DNA of 31,310 nucleotides, taken from the NCBI GenBank assembly GCA_029240775.1, contig JARDZQ010000001.1, positions 1 through 31,310 on the forward strand, given 5' to 3'. Under the pieces are notes generated by a model. It saw only the letters and a program-made list of their open reading frames with translations. It searched no databases and was not told where the DNA came from. A program made the translations under genes and the position numbers. This DNA comes from Rubrobacteraceae bacterium (GTDB taxonomy: Bacteria > Actinomycetota > Rubrobacteria > Rubrobacterales > Rubrobacteraceae). Below are positions 18,208 to 26,277 of the stretch, one piece after another; within the stretch, counting starts at the first letter, position 1; the number at the start of each line of letters is the position of its first letter.

Positions 18208-19785
18208 ATGAGCCGTCCCGGTTTCACGACCATCCTGGACAAGAGCAGCCCTCCGATGATGTTTAACGCGGGGGACGGGTTCCACTACGAGAAGCTCCCC
18301 GAGGGGACGCGGGTAGTCTATCCTCCGGGCTCCCTCACGCCGCTCGCGGATCCCGGCGTCGCCATCGAGCGGGCGCTGCTCGAACCTTTTGCGATGGAGC
18401 CGCTGCACGAGCTATTGCGTCCCGGAATGAAGCTCACCATCGCCTTCGATGACCTCTCGATCCCGCTTCCACCCATGCAGGCCCCGGACAACCGCCAGCT
18501 CATAGTGGAGAAGGTGCTGGAGAAGGCATACGCGAAAGGCGTCGAGGACATCCACCTTATAGCCGCCCTTGGGTTGCACCGCAGGATGACGAGGGCGGAG
18601 ATCCACCACATGCTCGGGAAGAGTATCGTCAATCGCTTCTACCCTGAGAGGCTCTACAACTACGACGCAGAGGACGAGGAGAACCACGTAACGATAGGCG
18701 AGACCGAGCGCGGCGAGGAGGTGCGGGTAAGCCGCCGCGTCGCCGAGAGCGACCTGCTGGTCTATATAAACGTCAACTACATCCCGATGGACGGCGGCCA
18801 CAAGTCCGTCCACACCGGCCTCTCGCCCTACTCCTCCATCCGCCACCACCACAACCCGGAGACGCTGGAGCACACGCGCTCTTTGATGGACCCGCCCAAC
18901 TCCGCGATGCACGGCTCCATAGACAGGATGGGCCGCATCTTCGACGAGAACGTCAAGGTCTTCCACATAGAGACGACCCTGAACAACGCCTCTTACCCGC
19001 ATGTCTTCGACTTCATGGCGAAGCCCGAGCACGAGTGGAACCCGGTTACCCGCGCGAACTTCCTCGCGAACCACGGGGCGACGCGCTCGATGCCGCGCCG
19101 GGCCGCCCGCAAGGTCTTCCAGAGCATCAAGGCCCCGCACAAGATGACGAGCGTGCAGGCCGGCGCTACCGACCCCGTCCACGCCGAGACTCTCAAGCAC
19201 ACCTACCGCCAGCAGCTCGTGCCCGTCGAGGGGCAGTCCGACGTGGTGTTGCTCGGCGTCCCGTACCTGGGGCCCTACAACGTCAACTCCGTAATGAACC
19301 CGCTGCTGGTCATGAACATGCTGCTCGGCTACCTCTTCAATTTGTACAGGGGCAAGCCGCTCGTGCGCCGGGGCGGGGTCCTCATCGGGACCCACCCCAT
19401 GCCCGAGGAGTTCCACGAGATCCACCATCCATCGTACATAGACCTCTGGAACGAGGTGCTTCCTGAGACCACCGACCTGTACGAGATCGCCGGCCGCTAT
19501 GAGGAGAGGTACGCCTACGACCCCTGGTACCGCACCCTGTACCGTAACTCCTACGCCTACCACGGCGTCCACCCCTTCACCGTGCTCTACTGGGCGGCCC
19601 ACGCCATGGAGCACCTCGGGGACGTAATCGTGGTCGGCGGCGACCCGAAGACCACCAAGCGCCTCGGCTTCAAGCGCTCGGATACGGTGGCCGAGGCGCT
19701 CGAGATGGCGCAGGACACCGTCGGCCCGAGCCCGAGCACCACCTACATGCACATACCGCCGCTCTTTATCTGCGAGGTGAGCTAG
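18208..19785 (+). CDS. Lactate racemase (LarA/DUF2088) domain protein, 525 aa
   Basis: AAGGGAG SD; PLHELLRPGMKLTIAFDD, IAALGLHRRMT, NYDAED, VSRRVAESDL, GGHKSV.TG, SIRHHH. Confidence 0.75.
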   Translation: MSRPGFTTILDKSSPPMMFNAGDGFHYEKLPEGTRVVYPPGSLTPLADPGVAIERALLEPFAMEPLHELLRPGMKLTIAFDDLSIPLPPMQAPDNRQLIVEKVLEKAYAKGVEDIHLIAALGLHRRMTRAEIHHMLGKSIVNRFYPERLYNYDAEDEENHVTIGETERGEEVRVSRRVAESDLLVYINVNYIPMDGGHKSVHTGLSPYSSIRHHHNPETLEHTRSLMDPPNSAMHGSIDRMGRIFDENVKVFHIETTLNNASYPHVFDFMAKPEHEWNPVTRANFLANHGATRSMPRRAARKVFQSIKAPHKMTSVQAGATDPVHAETLKHTYRQQLVPVEGQSDVVLLGVPYLGPYNVNSVMNPLLVMNMLLGYLFNLYRGKPLVRRGGVLIGTHPMPEEFHEIHHPSYIDLWNEVLPETTDLYEIAGRYEERYAYDPWYRTLYRNSYAYHGVHPFTVLYWAAHAMEHLGDVIVVGGDPKTTKRLGFKRSDTVAEALEMAQDTVGPSPSTTYMHIPPLFICEVS

Positions 19786-19861
19786 CGCAGAGGGGTCTAT
19801 CCGCCGGTATGGTGGCAGGGTTCCGCATGCGCGTTCGCTCTCCGGATGGTAGAAACTTTCC

Positions 19862-21193
19862 GTGCGCGTAAAGCAGGAGCGGCCCGTAGAGAAGATCGTA
19901 CGCCCCTTCCAGGAGTTCGCCGACAGGCAGTCCTCAGGTGGCGTACTGCTCATAGTCGCCGCCGTGATCGCCCTCGTGTGGGCCAACTCGCCCTGGGGCG
20001 AGAGCTACGCCTCACTGTGGGGCTCGGAGTTGGCGGTCGGGCTCGGCGAGTTCTCCCTCTCCAAGGACCTGACGCTCTGGATCAACGACGGTCTCATGGC
20101 CGTTTTCTTCCTGGTCGTCGGGCTGGAGATCAAACGCGAGATACTGGTGGGCGAGCTCTCCTCCCCGAAGAACGCGGCGCTGCCGATCGCCGCTGCCATA
20201 GGCGGGGCGGCAATCCCGGCTGTGATCTACATAGCCCTCAACGCGGGGACGGAGGGGGCCGCAGGCTGGGGGGTGCCGATGGCGACGGATATAGCTTTTG
20301 CCCTCGGTGTCCTCGCCTTGCTCGGAGAGAGGGTGCCCGTAGCCCTCAAGGTGTTCCTCACGGCGCTCGCCATCGTGGACGACATAGTGGCCGTGCTGGT
20401 GATCGCCTTCTTCTACACCTCGGAGATCTCCTGGAGCGCCCTCGCAGCCGGTGCGGGGTTCCTGGCGGCGCTTATCGTGGCAAACCTGATCGGGGTCGGC
20501 AGGACGCTGATGTACGTGGTGCTGGGGATGGGCCTCTGGCTGGCTCTCTTGCACTCAGGGGTCCACGCTACCATAGCCGGCGTTCTCCTGGCGTTCACGG
20601 TGCCGGCCACTTCGTTTATCAACCCGGGCGAGTTCCTGGAGCGCGGCAGGTACGTCCTGGACCGCTTCGAGCAGGCGGGGGAGAAGGGGGAGGATGTGCT
20701 CACGAACGAGGAGCGCCAGGCAGCCTTGCACGCGCTCAACAGGGCGACATACAAGCTCGAGCCCCCCTTGCACGAGCTGGAACACGCCCTTCACCCCTGG
20801 GTCGTCTTCGCGATCATGCCGCTCTTTGCCCTGGCCAATGCCGGCGTGCCGCTCGGAGGGGGCATCGGAGAGGCTCTCGCCAGCCCCGTGGCCCTCGGCA
20901 TAGTGGGCGGGCTTGTGATCGGCAAGCAGCTCGGCGTCACCCTGTTCGCGTGGCTGGCGGTGAGGAGCGGTCTCTCGGAGCTGCCCGAAGGCGTCTCCTG
21001 GCGTCACGTCTACGGGGCAGCCTGGCTGGCGGGGATCGGGTTCACCATGTCCCTCTTTATCGCCGACCTGGCCTTCGTGGGCACCGATCTCCTGGAGACG
21101 GCCAAGCTCGGGATACTGGCGGCCTCGCTGATCTCCGGCGTCGTAGGCTGGACGATACTCAGGTCGATCGCTCTCCGCGAAGGCGGCGGGTGA
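19862..21193 (+). CDS. nhaA: Na+/H+ antiporter NhaA
   Basis: INDGLMAVFFLVVGLEIKRE, GELSS, GWGVPMATDIAFALG, FLTALAIVDD, GVHATIAG, GIGFTMSLFI. Confidence 0.95.
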   Translation: MRVKQERPVEKIVRPFQEFADRQSSGGVLLIVAAVIALVWANSPWGESYASLWGSELAVGLGEFSLSKDLTLWINDGLMAVFFLVVGLEIKREILVGELSSPKNAALPIAAAIGGAAIPAVIYIALNAGTEGAAGWGVPMATDIAFALGVLALLGERVPVALKVFLTALAIVDDIVAVLVIAFFYTSEISWSALAAGAGFLAALIVANLIGVGRTLMYVVLGMGLWLALLHSGVHATIAGVLLAFTVPATSFINPGEFLERGRYVLDRFEQAGEKGEDVLTNEERQAALHALNRATYKLEPPLHELEHALHPWVVFAIMPLFALANAGVPLGGGIGEALASPVALGIVGGLVIGKQLGVTLFAWLAVRSGLSELPEGVSWRHVYGAAWLAGIGFTMSLFIADLAFVGTDLLETAKLGILAASLISGVVGWTILRSIALREGGG

Positions 21194-21239
21194 GCTGCGT
21201 GCTGCCCAATGCTTGCAGTTTGCGAGAACGCGCCTACCT

Positions 21240-22472
21240 CTAGTAGGGTGGGTGAATAGTGCGACTTCTGGCCTCCCGCACCACGCATTCCAGTTCGTTG
21301 TTCAGCGCCTCTAGGTCTGTTTCGTTTCGCAGCCTCGCCGAGAAGCGTTCAAGCGTCTTTCTTGCATCGTACTTGCGGCGCTAGAAGTGTCGGTCCACCA
21401 GGCCTTGCACGCTGTGGCGCAGCGGGTTGAACAGGGCGGCGATCACCAAAGTGGAGGCGACGACGGCCAGTGTGGACTCCTGGCCGCTCAGGGCGCGCAC
21501 GATGGCCTGCAGGCCGACAACACCCACGACGTAGACCAGGACCAGCGTCACGGTGAGGGGACCGTAGACCAGCGCGCGGTTGATGATGAGGTCTATGGCG
21601 TAGAGGCGGTATCTCAACACGGCGATGCCCACGGCGATAGGAACCGTTGCGAAGCTCAGCAGCGCCGCGTGCACCAAGAGGTCCAACCACCACCGCGAGC
21701 CCGCAGTCAACCATGCCTCCGAAGGGAAGAGCAACGAGGCGACCATGGCGACCAGGTAAATCAGGCCCACCAAGGAGGCCGCGAAGGCTATCCACTTGAT
21801 CTGCTGGCGCTCTTCACCCCTCGAACCCCGGAAGCGCAACACCAAGCTTGTCGCCGAGGCGAGCATGCACAGGGGCAGCAGCGGCAGAACGGCGAACCCT
21901 GCTTGCTCTACCCAGGATTGTCCCTCCAGCCCAAAGGGGTTGCGTGCTCCCCCAAGGTGCTCCAACGGTTCGGGGCCGAGCACGACACACACGCTGAGCA
22001 CCACGATCACCGCCCCTGAGAGCCACGCCAGAGGCCGCCACCTCCGAGACGGTAGCCTCCCGTCGGGGAACAGCAGGAGCAGGTAGGTTCCCAGTATTCC
22101 CACGGCGGGCACCCACAGCCAGTGGTTTAGTCCGGCTACAACTATCGGGAAGGGGACCGAACCGGGACTGGCCATACCGTAGACGCCGTAGTAGTCGCTC
22201 ATGCCGAGGAACGTCCACAGCAGGCCGTCCGCCAGCAAGATCCATCCTGTCGGGTTGTCGGGACGCTTGGAGGCGATCAGGGCTCCCACTACGGGGAAGG
22301 CCAAAAACAGCGTTCCTCCCAACATACTACCCACGGAGAAGTCGACATCCCAGCCGCTTGGCACATGCGCCGAACGGGCGAGGACGAACAGGACGACGTT
22401 GGCGAGGAACATGGCTAGCGAGAGACCGGCGAGCGACCAAGCGAGCCACCAAGAAGCGGCGCGGGTGCTCAT
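21240..22472 (-). pseudogene. Multi-pass membrane protein resembling the sensor region of actinobacterial histidine kinases; premature TAG at 21383-21381
   Basis: ATG 22472 gives 363 aa to the TAG. Past the stop the frame reads RRKYDARKTLERFSARLRNETDLEALNNELECVVRE, matching the neighbouring paralog, and ends at TAG 21242-21240. Confidence 0.7.
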
Positions 22473-23665
22473 CCTGTTGGCTCCCTGCTTCGATCTACTC
22501 CGGAAGGCCGCAACCACAGGCCGACATGGGCGGGCTGCATAGTCTCCCTGACTATCCCTACCAGGTCGTCATCCAGCGCTTGCAGGTCCGTCTGGTCGCG
22601 TAACTTGGCAGAGAAGGTCTCCAGGGTCCTTCTCGCGTCATACTTCCTGCGGTAGAAGCGCCTGTCTATGAACGACTGGATGCGCCTCCTCAAGGGTGTG
22701 AACAGCGCAGCTATAACTAGGGTTGAGACCACGACTGCAAGGGTGGACCGCTCTCCGGTGAGAACGACGAACATTCTCTGCAACAGCACAATGCCGCCGA
22801 AGTAGAGTGCTACTAGCATTGCCGTGAGGGAGCCGTAGACGAGGGTGCGGTTGATGATCACGTCTATGTCGTAGAGGCGGTGCCTCAGGATGGCCACGCC
22901 CACGGCCGCGTAGAGGAGCATGTTGGTCGAGGCGTCGATCAGGTTCAACAACGCCCCACCGAGCAGCCGCTCGAAGCCTAGCAGTAATGCAAAGATGTAG
23001 AAGGTAGCCAGGACGGTGGCCATCGCGAACCACTTCAGCTGCTGACGCTCTACCCCGCTCGCCCTGCGATAGCGCGTCACGAGCGAGATTGCCGAAAGGA
23101 TAATTGCGGAGAAGAGCACGATCACCACCACGAACGTTATCGCGCTGATAATCCCCCCTACTTCGTCCGGACTACCGAACAAGAGGTTGAGGGACACGAG
23201 CACCACCCCGGACACGGCAGCGACCCAGGCCACCGGACGCCACCGGCTCGACGGTAGCCGCCCGGTTGGGAACAGCAGCAGCAGGAAGGGTGCGCAGCTA
23301 AGCGCCAGCGGCCCTCCCGACCCTAGCAGGCGCGAGATCGTCCGGGGGGCCGGGAGCGACCCAGGCTCCACCACCAGCGCGTAGGCGGCGTAGGACTCGC
23401 CGAGTAACTGGAGGGCGAGCCCCAACCCGAAGCCTAGCCACAGCCACCCGTATGGGTTGCGGGGACGGCGCGAGGCGACGAGGCCGCCGAGGACAGGTGC
23501 CCCGATGATGCCCACCAGGGAAACGGCTAGGTCTCGCCACGGCGTCCACCCTCGAGGCAGCGGCGTCGACCAGCCAAGAAGGATCAGCGCCAGCGACAAC
23601 GCCGAGATCGACAAGACCAAGGCGCAAACCACCCACGCCAGCCGGGTCGCGGCGCGGTCGCTCGT
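22469..23665 (-). CDS. Paralogous multi-pass membrane protein; ACG stands where ATG is expected
   Basis: Shared motifs LLLFPxGRLPSxRWRP, ERQQLKW, RLYDIDVIINRTLVYG, FYRRKYDA, ETMQPAHV.LWLR. GAGGAG then 8 nt then ACG AGC GAC CGC mirrors the paralog's ATG AGC ACC CGC. Confidence 0.7.
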   Translation of the reverse strand, partial: TSDRAATRLAWVVCALVLSISALSLALILLGWSTPLPRGWTPWRDLAVSLVGIIGAPVLGGLVASRRPRNPYGWLWLGFGLGLALQLLGESYAAYALVVEPGSLPAPRTISRLLGSGGPLALSCAPFLLLLFPTGRLPSSRWRPVAWVAAVSGVVLVSLNLLFGSPDEVGGIISAITFVVVIVLFSAIILSAISLVTRYRRASGVERQQLKWFAMATVLATFYIFALLLGFERLLGGALLNLIDASTNMLLYAAVGVAILRHRLYDIDVIINRTLVYGSLTAMLVALYFGGIVLLQRMFVVLTGERSTLAVVVSTLVIAALFTPLRRRIQSFIDRRFYRRKYDARRTLETFSAKLRDQTDLQALDDDLVGIVRETMQPAHVGLWLRPSGVDRSREPTG

Positions 23666-23739
23666 CTGGCCGACTCCTCGATCCTGTTCTTTTGTTTCCT
23701 ATGCCACAATCCCACTCTGCCGGAAGAACGTCTCCCAGG

Positions 23740-23894
23740 CGTTACGACGACCGTTACGAAGCCAAGAGGTAAACGATATTCGCGCAAACGTCTCTTGTGC
23801 GAACTCCGGGGAACCAGAAGCAGCCCGGCAAGAAAAAATCAAAAATCTTCGAAAGCAACTTCTCGTAACGAACCTCGTAACGATCATGTAACGA
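23740..23894. repeat. Phased CGTTACGA / TCGTAACG repeats in inverted arrangement
   Basis: CGTTACGA at 23740 and 23752; TCGTAACG at 23863 and 23875; partial GTAACGA at 23888; A-tracts between the two groups. Confidence 0.8.
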
Positions 23895-23947
23895 GTGGCT
23901 ACTAGGTTGGATGCACGGTGAACGGGCCGAGGAAAGCAGGAACGGCG

Positions 23948-24178
23948 ATGCAAGCAGGTGGCGCGGCACAAGGGGTGGGCACTATACCCTAGCGCAGACG
24001 GCTGAAGGCGCTTCTTGTGGCTAGCGTGGCCGTCTTGGTGGTCGCGGCGGTGTTAGCGCTTGCGGTGTGGGTTGTCCCCCTCGCGACGAGCGGGGTCGCG
24101 ACGGAGGAGGGCGTCCCCAAGGCGGGAGCTGGTTCCGCTCTCATCCACGACGACGCGGGTAACGTCGATCCCCGCTAG
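23948..24178 (+). pseudogene. Small single-TM or secreted protein with an in-frame TAG at 23990-23992
   Basis: MQAGGAAQGVGTIP*RRRLKALLVASVAVLVVAAVLALAVWVVP..SALIHDDAGNVDPR*. It could instead be a 53-aa protein starting at GTG 24017. Confidence 0.45.
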
Positions 24179-24239
24179 GAGGCTGCATCGGGCTTGGTGC
24201 ACTACCGAAGTCGAAGGACTGGGGTCAGGCTGCTGAGAC

Positions 24240-24276
24240 AAAGGAGGTCCGGGACGCAACAACCCGGCCCTCCTTT
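24240..24276. terminator. Hairpin between convergent genes, probable (bidirectional) terminator
   Basis: AAAGGAGG-T-CCGGG / 9-nt loop / CCCGG-C-CCTCCTTT: 13 of 14 pairs, with short T-runs on both strands. Confidence 0.6.
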
Positions 24277-24348
24277 CTCATTGGCGAAGTTCCGAGGCCA
24301 CTGCCATACATGCGCTGGTGAGCATTCCAAGAGCAGGTAACCGCCAGG

Positions 24349-25098
24349 TCAGAGCCACTTCCACCTCCGGCTCCTTGTCCAGTATGGTGGAGAGGCGGAG
24401 CCTGGAGGGAGTTGCATTCGGGACGTTGATGGTAGAAAACCGGGCTGACCGGCTGAACGACTCTGGAACTGGGAATCCCGGTGACCGGTGCTTTCCCACA
24501 GCCCAAGTGCCAAGAGTTCGAACCAGGCGAGCACCACGGCGAGAAACAGGTAGTAGGACACCCCCGGCAGGAGCAGCAGCAACGTGGCGGACAACCCTGT
24601 AGCGAGGGTGTAACGGGCATAGCCTCGCCACAGGGCGCTTCTTCTCAGCCTCCTCCACAGGAAGAAAAGGGCGAGAAGCAAGGTGAGGACGAAGAGCACG
24701 AAGGCCAGGTCGTGGACGAGGCCGTGCAGCGTCCGCGGGCCGGTGTGCCTTATCGGGTCTGTCTCGAAGCCCATGAGCGCCATCGCCGTGCCGGAGACCA
24801 GCAGGAGACCGGGGCCGGCTCGCGAGCCGAGCCCGCCCGTCACCCCGAGGTGCAGTCCGGTGGCGAAGATCATCAGGAGCACACCCGAAACAATGAAGCT
24901 CGCGTTCTGCGCCCAGCCGTAGGGTCCCAGGGCCAGCCCGCTCGGCCAGGCGCCCGCGGGATCTCGCCAGGGTTGCCAGCCGATCCCGACCATGAAGTCG
25001 TACTGGAGTGCCGTCAGCGAGAGGAGCGCGGTGGCGAAGAGGATCGGCCCGACTATACCGGCGACCGCGGTCATCTTGATGATTCTCTTACGCGGCAT
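24349..25098 (-). CDS. DUF998-family membrane protein
   Basis: SGLALGPYGWAQNASF, GFETDP...TLHGLVHDLAFVLF, GYARYTL; several hydrophobic segments. Confidence 0.7.
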   Translation of the reverse strand: MPRKRIIKMTAVAGIVGPILFATALLSLTALQYDFMVGIGWQPWRDPAGAWPSGLALGPYGWAQNASFIVSGVLLMIFATGLHLGVTGGLGSRAGPGLLLVSGTAMALMGFETDPIRHTGPRTLHGLVHDLAFVLFVLTLLLALFFLWRRLRRSALWRGYARYTLATGLSATLLLLLPGVSYYLFLAVVLAWFELLALGLWESTGHRDSQFQSRSAGQPGFLPSTSRMQLPPGSASPPYWTRSRRWKWL

Positions 25099-25114
25099 CC
25101 CGTTAACGATCGGG

Positions 25115-26239
25115 CTAGACAGTCTTTCGCAGCATGAGCAGGGTAAGCAGGCAGACGACGGTGAGGAAGAGGTAGGAGAGGGCGTCGCCGCCGAGGTCGG
25201 CGAGCGTTCCGCCCAGGGGTGCCCCTACGGCGTAGCCGGAGGCCCAGGCGAAGTTGGTGACGCCGAAGGCCAGGGCCCCCTCCATGCCCGCCTTCTCCGT
25301 GCCGCGCGAGAAGAGCGCCGTGCCTGGCACGAGGGTGGCGTTGAAGGCCCCGCTGGCCAGGAGAACCAGGAGCCCCAAGATCCAGGGGTTACCGACCCAC
25401 GGCAGCGCGAGTAGGATGCCGACGCTGACGAGCAGACCCGCTACCACCGGTCTGAGGTAGCCGGCGCGGTCAGACCAGCGTCCGAGCAGCGGGTGGACGG
25501 CGGCCTCGAAGGCGGCGCTCACCAGGAAGACAGCGCCGACCGCAGCTGCGCCCCACCCGAGCCGGCTCAGCTCCAGCGGCACGAGAACGGCGAGCGCGGA
25601 GAAGAGCAGGGGGGAGAGCCCGATCAGCCACAGCCCGGTCGCGAGTCGCGGTTGCAGAATGGGCTGGAGCATCGCGAAGAATGATCTCCTCTCGGCGCGC
25701 TCCGGGGCGGGCTCGATGGCGGCCCAGAGCGCGATGCCGGCTCCCACGACGGCGACGAAGGCGAACGCGGGGACGAGCCCCACGGTCGCTGCCACGCTCC
25801 CGAGGACGGGGCCGAGCAAAGCCCCGAAGACCGCCGCGCTTATCATGATGCCGATAAGCTCTCCCCTTCTCTCGTCGGGGGCACGCGCCGTGAGCCACGT
25901 GAAGGCCGCCACCCACGAGAGGGCGCTCCCGAAGCCCCCGACGAACCGCGCTAGCACGAGCAGGGAGGCTGCGTCTGCGAGGCCGAAAGCGAGGCTTGTG
26001 AGGGACATCAGGATCAAGCCCACCAGGGCGGCGACCTTGACCCCGGCCCTCGAGGCGAGGTACGCCCCTGGCGCCGAGCCGACGAGCACGCCGGCCCCGT
26101 ACGCCCCGCTGAGGACGCCGACGGCGGACTTGGAGAGGCCGAACTCCTCGTTGAAGTAGGGGACGAGCGGTGTGAGCGCCGCGTAGAAGACGGTGTCCAC
26201 GAGGACTATGGCACATGCGAGGGCGAGCAGTCGGCGCAT
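25115..26239 (-). CDS. MFS transporter
   Basis: About 12 hydrophobic helices; G.LASRAGVK, LARFVGGFG, RRGELIG, GRWSDRAG. Confidence 0.9.
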   Translation of the reverse strand: MRRLLALACAIVLVDTVFYAALTPLVPYFNEEFGLSKSAVGVLSGAYGAGVLVGSAPGAYLASRAGVKVAALVGLILMSLTSLAFGLADAASLLVLARFVGGFGSALSWVAAFTWLTARAPDERRGELIGIMISAAVFGALLGPVLGSVAATVGLVPAFAFVAVVGAGIALWAAIEPAPERAERRSFFAMLQPILQPRLATGLWLIGLSPLLFSALAVLVPLELSRLGWGAAAVGAVFLVSAAFEAAVHPLLGRWSDRAGYLRPVVAGLLVSVGILLALPWVGNPWILGLLVLLASGAFNATLVPGTALFSRGTEKAGMEGALAFGVTNFAWASGYAVGAPLGGTLADLGGDALSYLFLTVVCLLTLLMLRKTV

Positions 26240-26277
26240 GGACGCTATTCTAACCCCAAGACGCTAAAATCCAGCGG
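26240..26277. promoter_or_regulatory. Back-to-back leaderless promoters for the two MFS genes
   Basis: Minus strand TAGAAT (26252-26247) + 7 nt + ATG 26239; plus strand TAAAAT (26265-26270) + 7 nt + GTG 26278; no SD for either gene. Confidence 0.65.

Noticed and set aside
18208-19785. Assigning the symbol larA and lactate racemase activity
   Set aside because: Substrate-binding motifs differ, the protein is longer than typical LarA, and no lar accessory genes are adjacent.
21381-21383. Pyrrolysine or programmed amber read-through at the in-frame TAGs (here and at 23990)
   Set aside because: No pyl genes in the window, the aligned residue is Tyr (a one-base change), and neighbouring genes show other decay.
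23740-23894. CRISPR mini-array or ECF sigma promoter (GTAAC as -35)
   Set aside because: The repeats are 8 bp with 4-nt gaps and inverted. No CGT-type -10 lies 16-17 nt after any GTAAC I checked.
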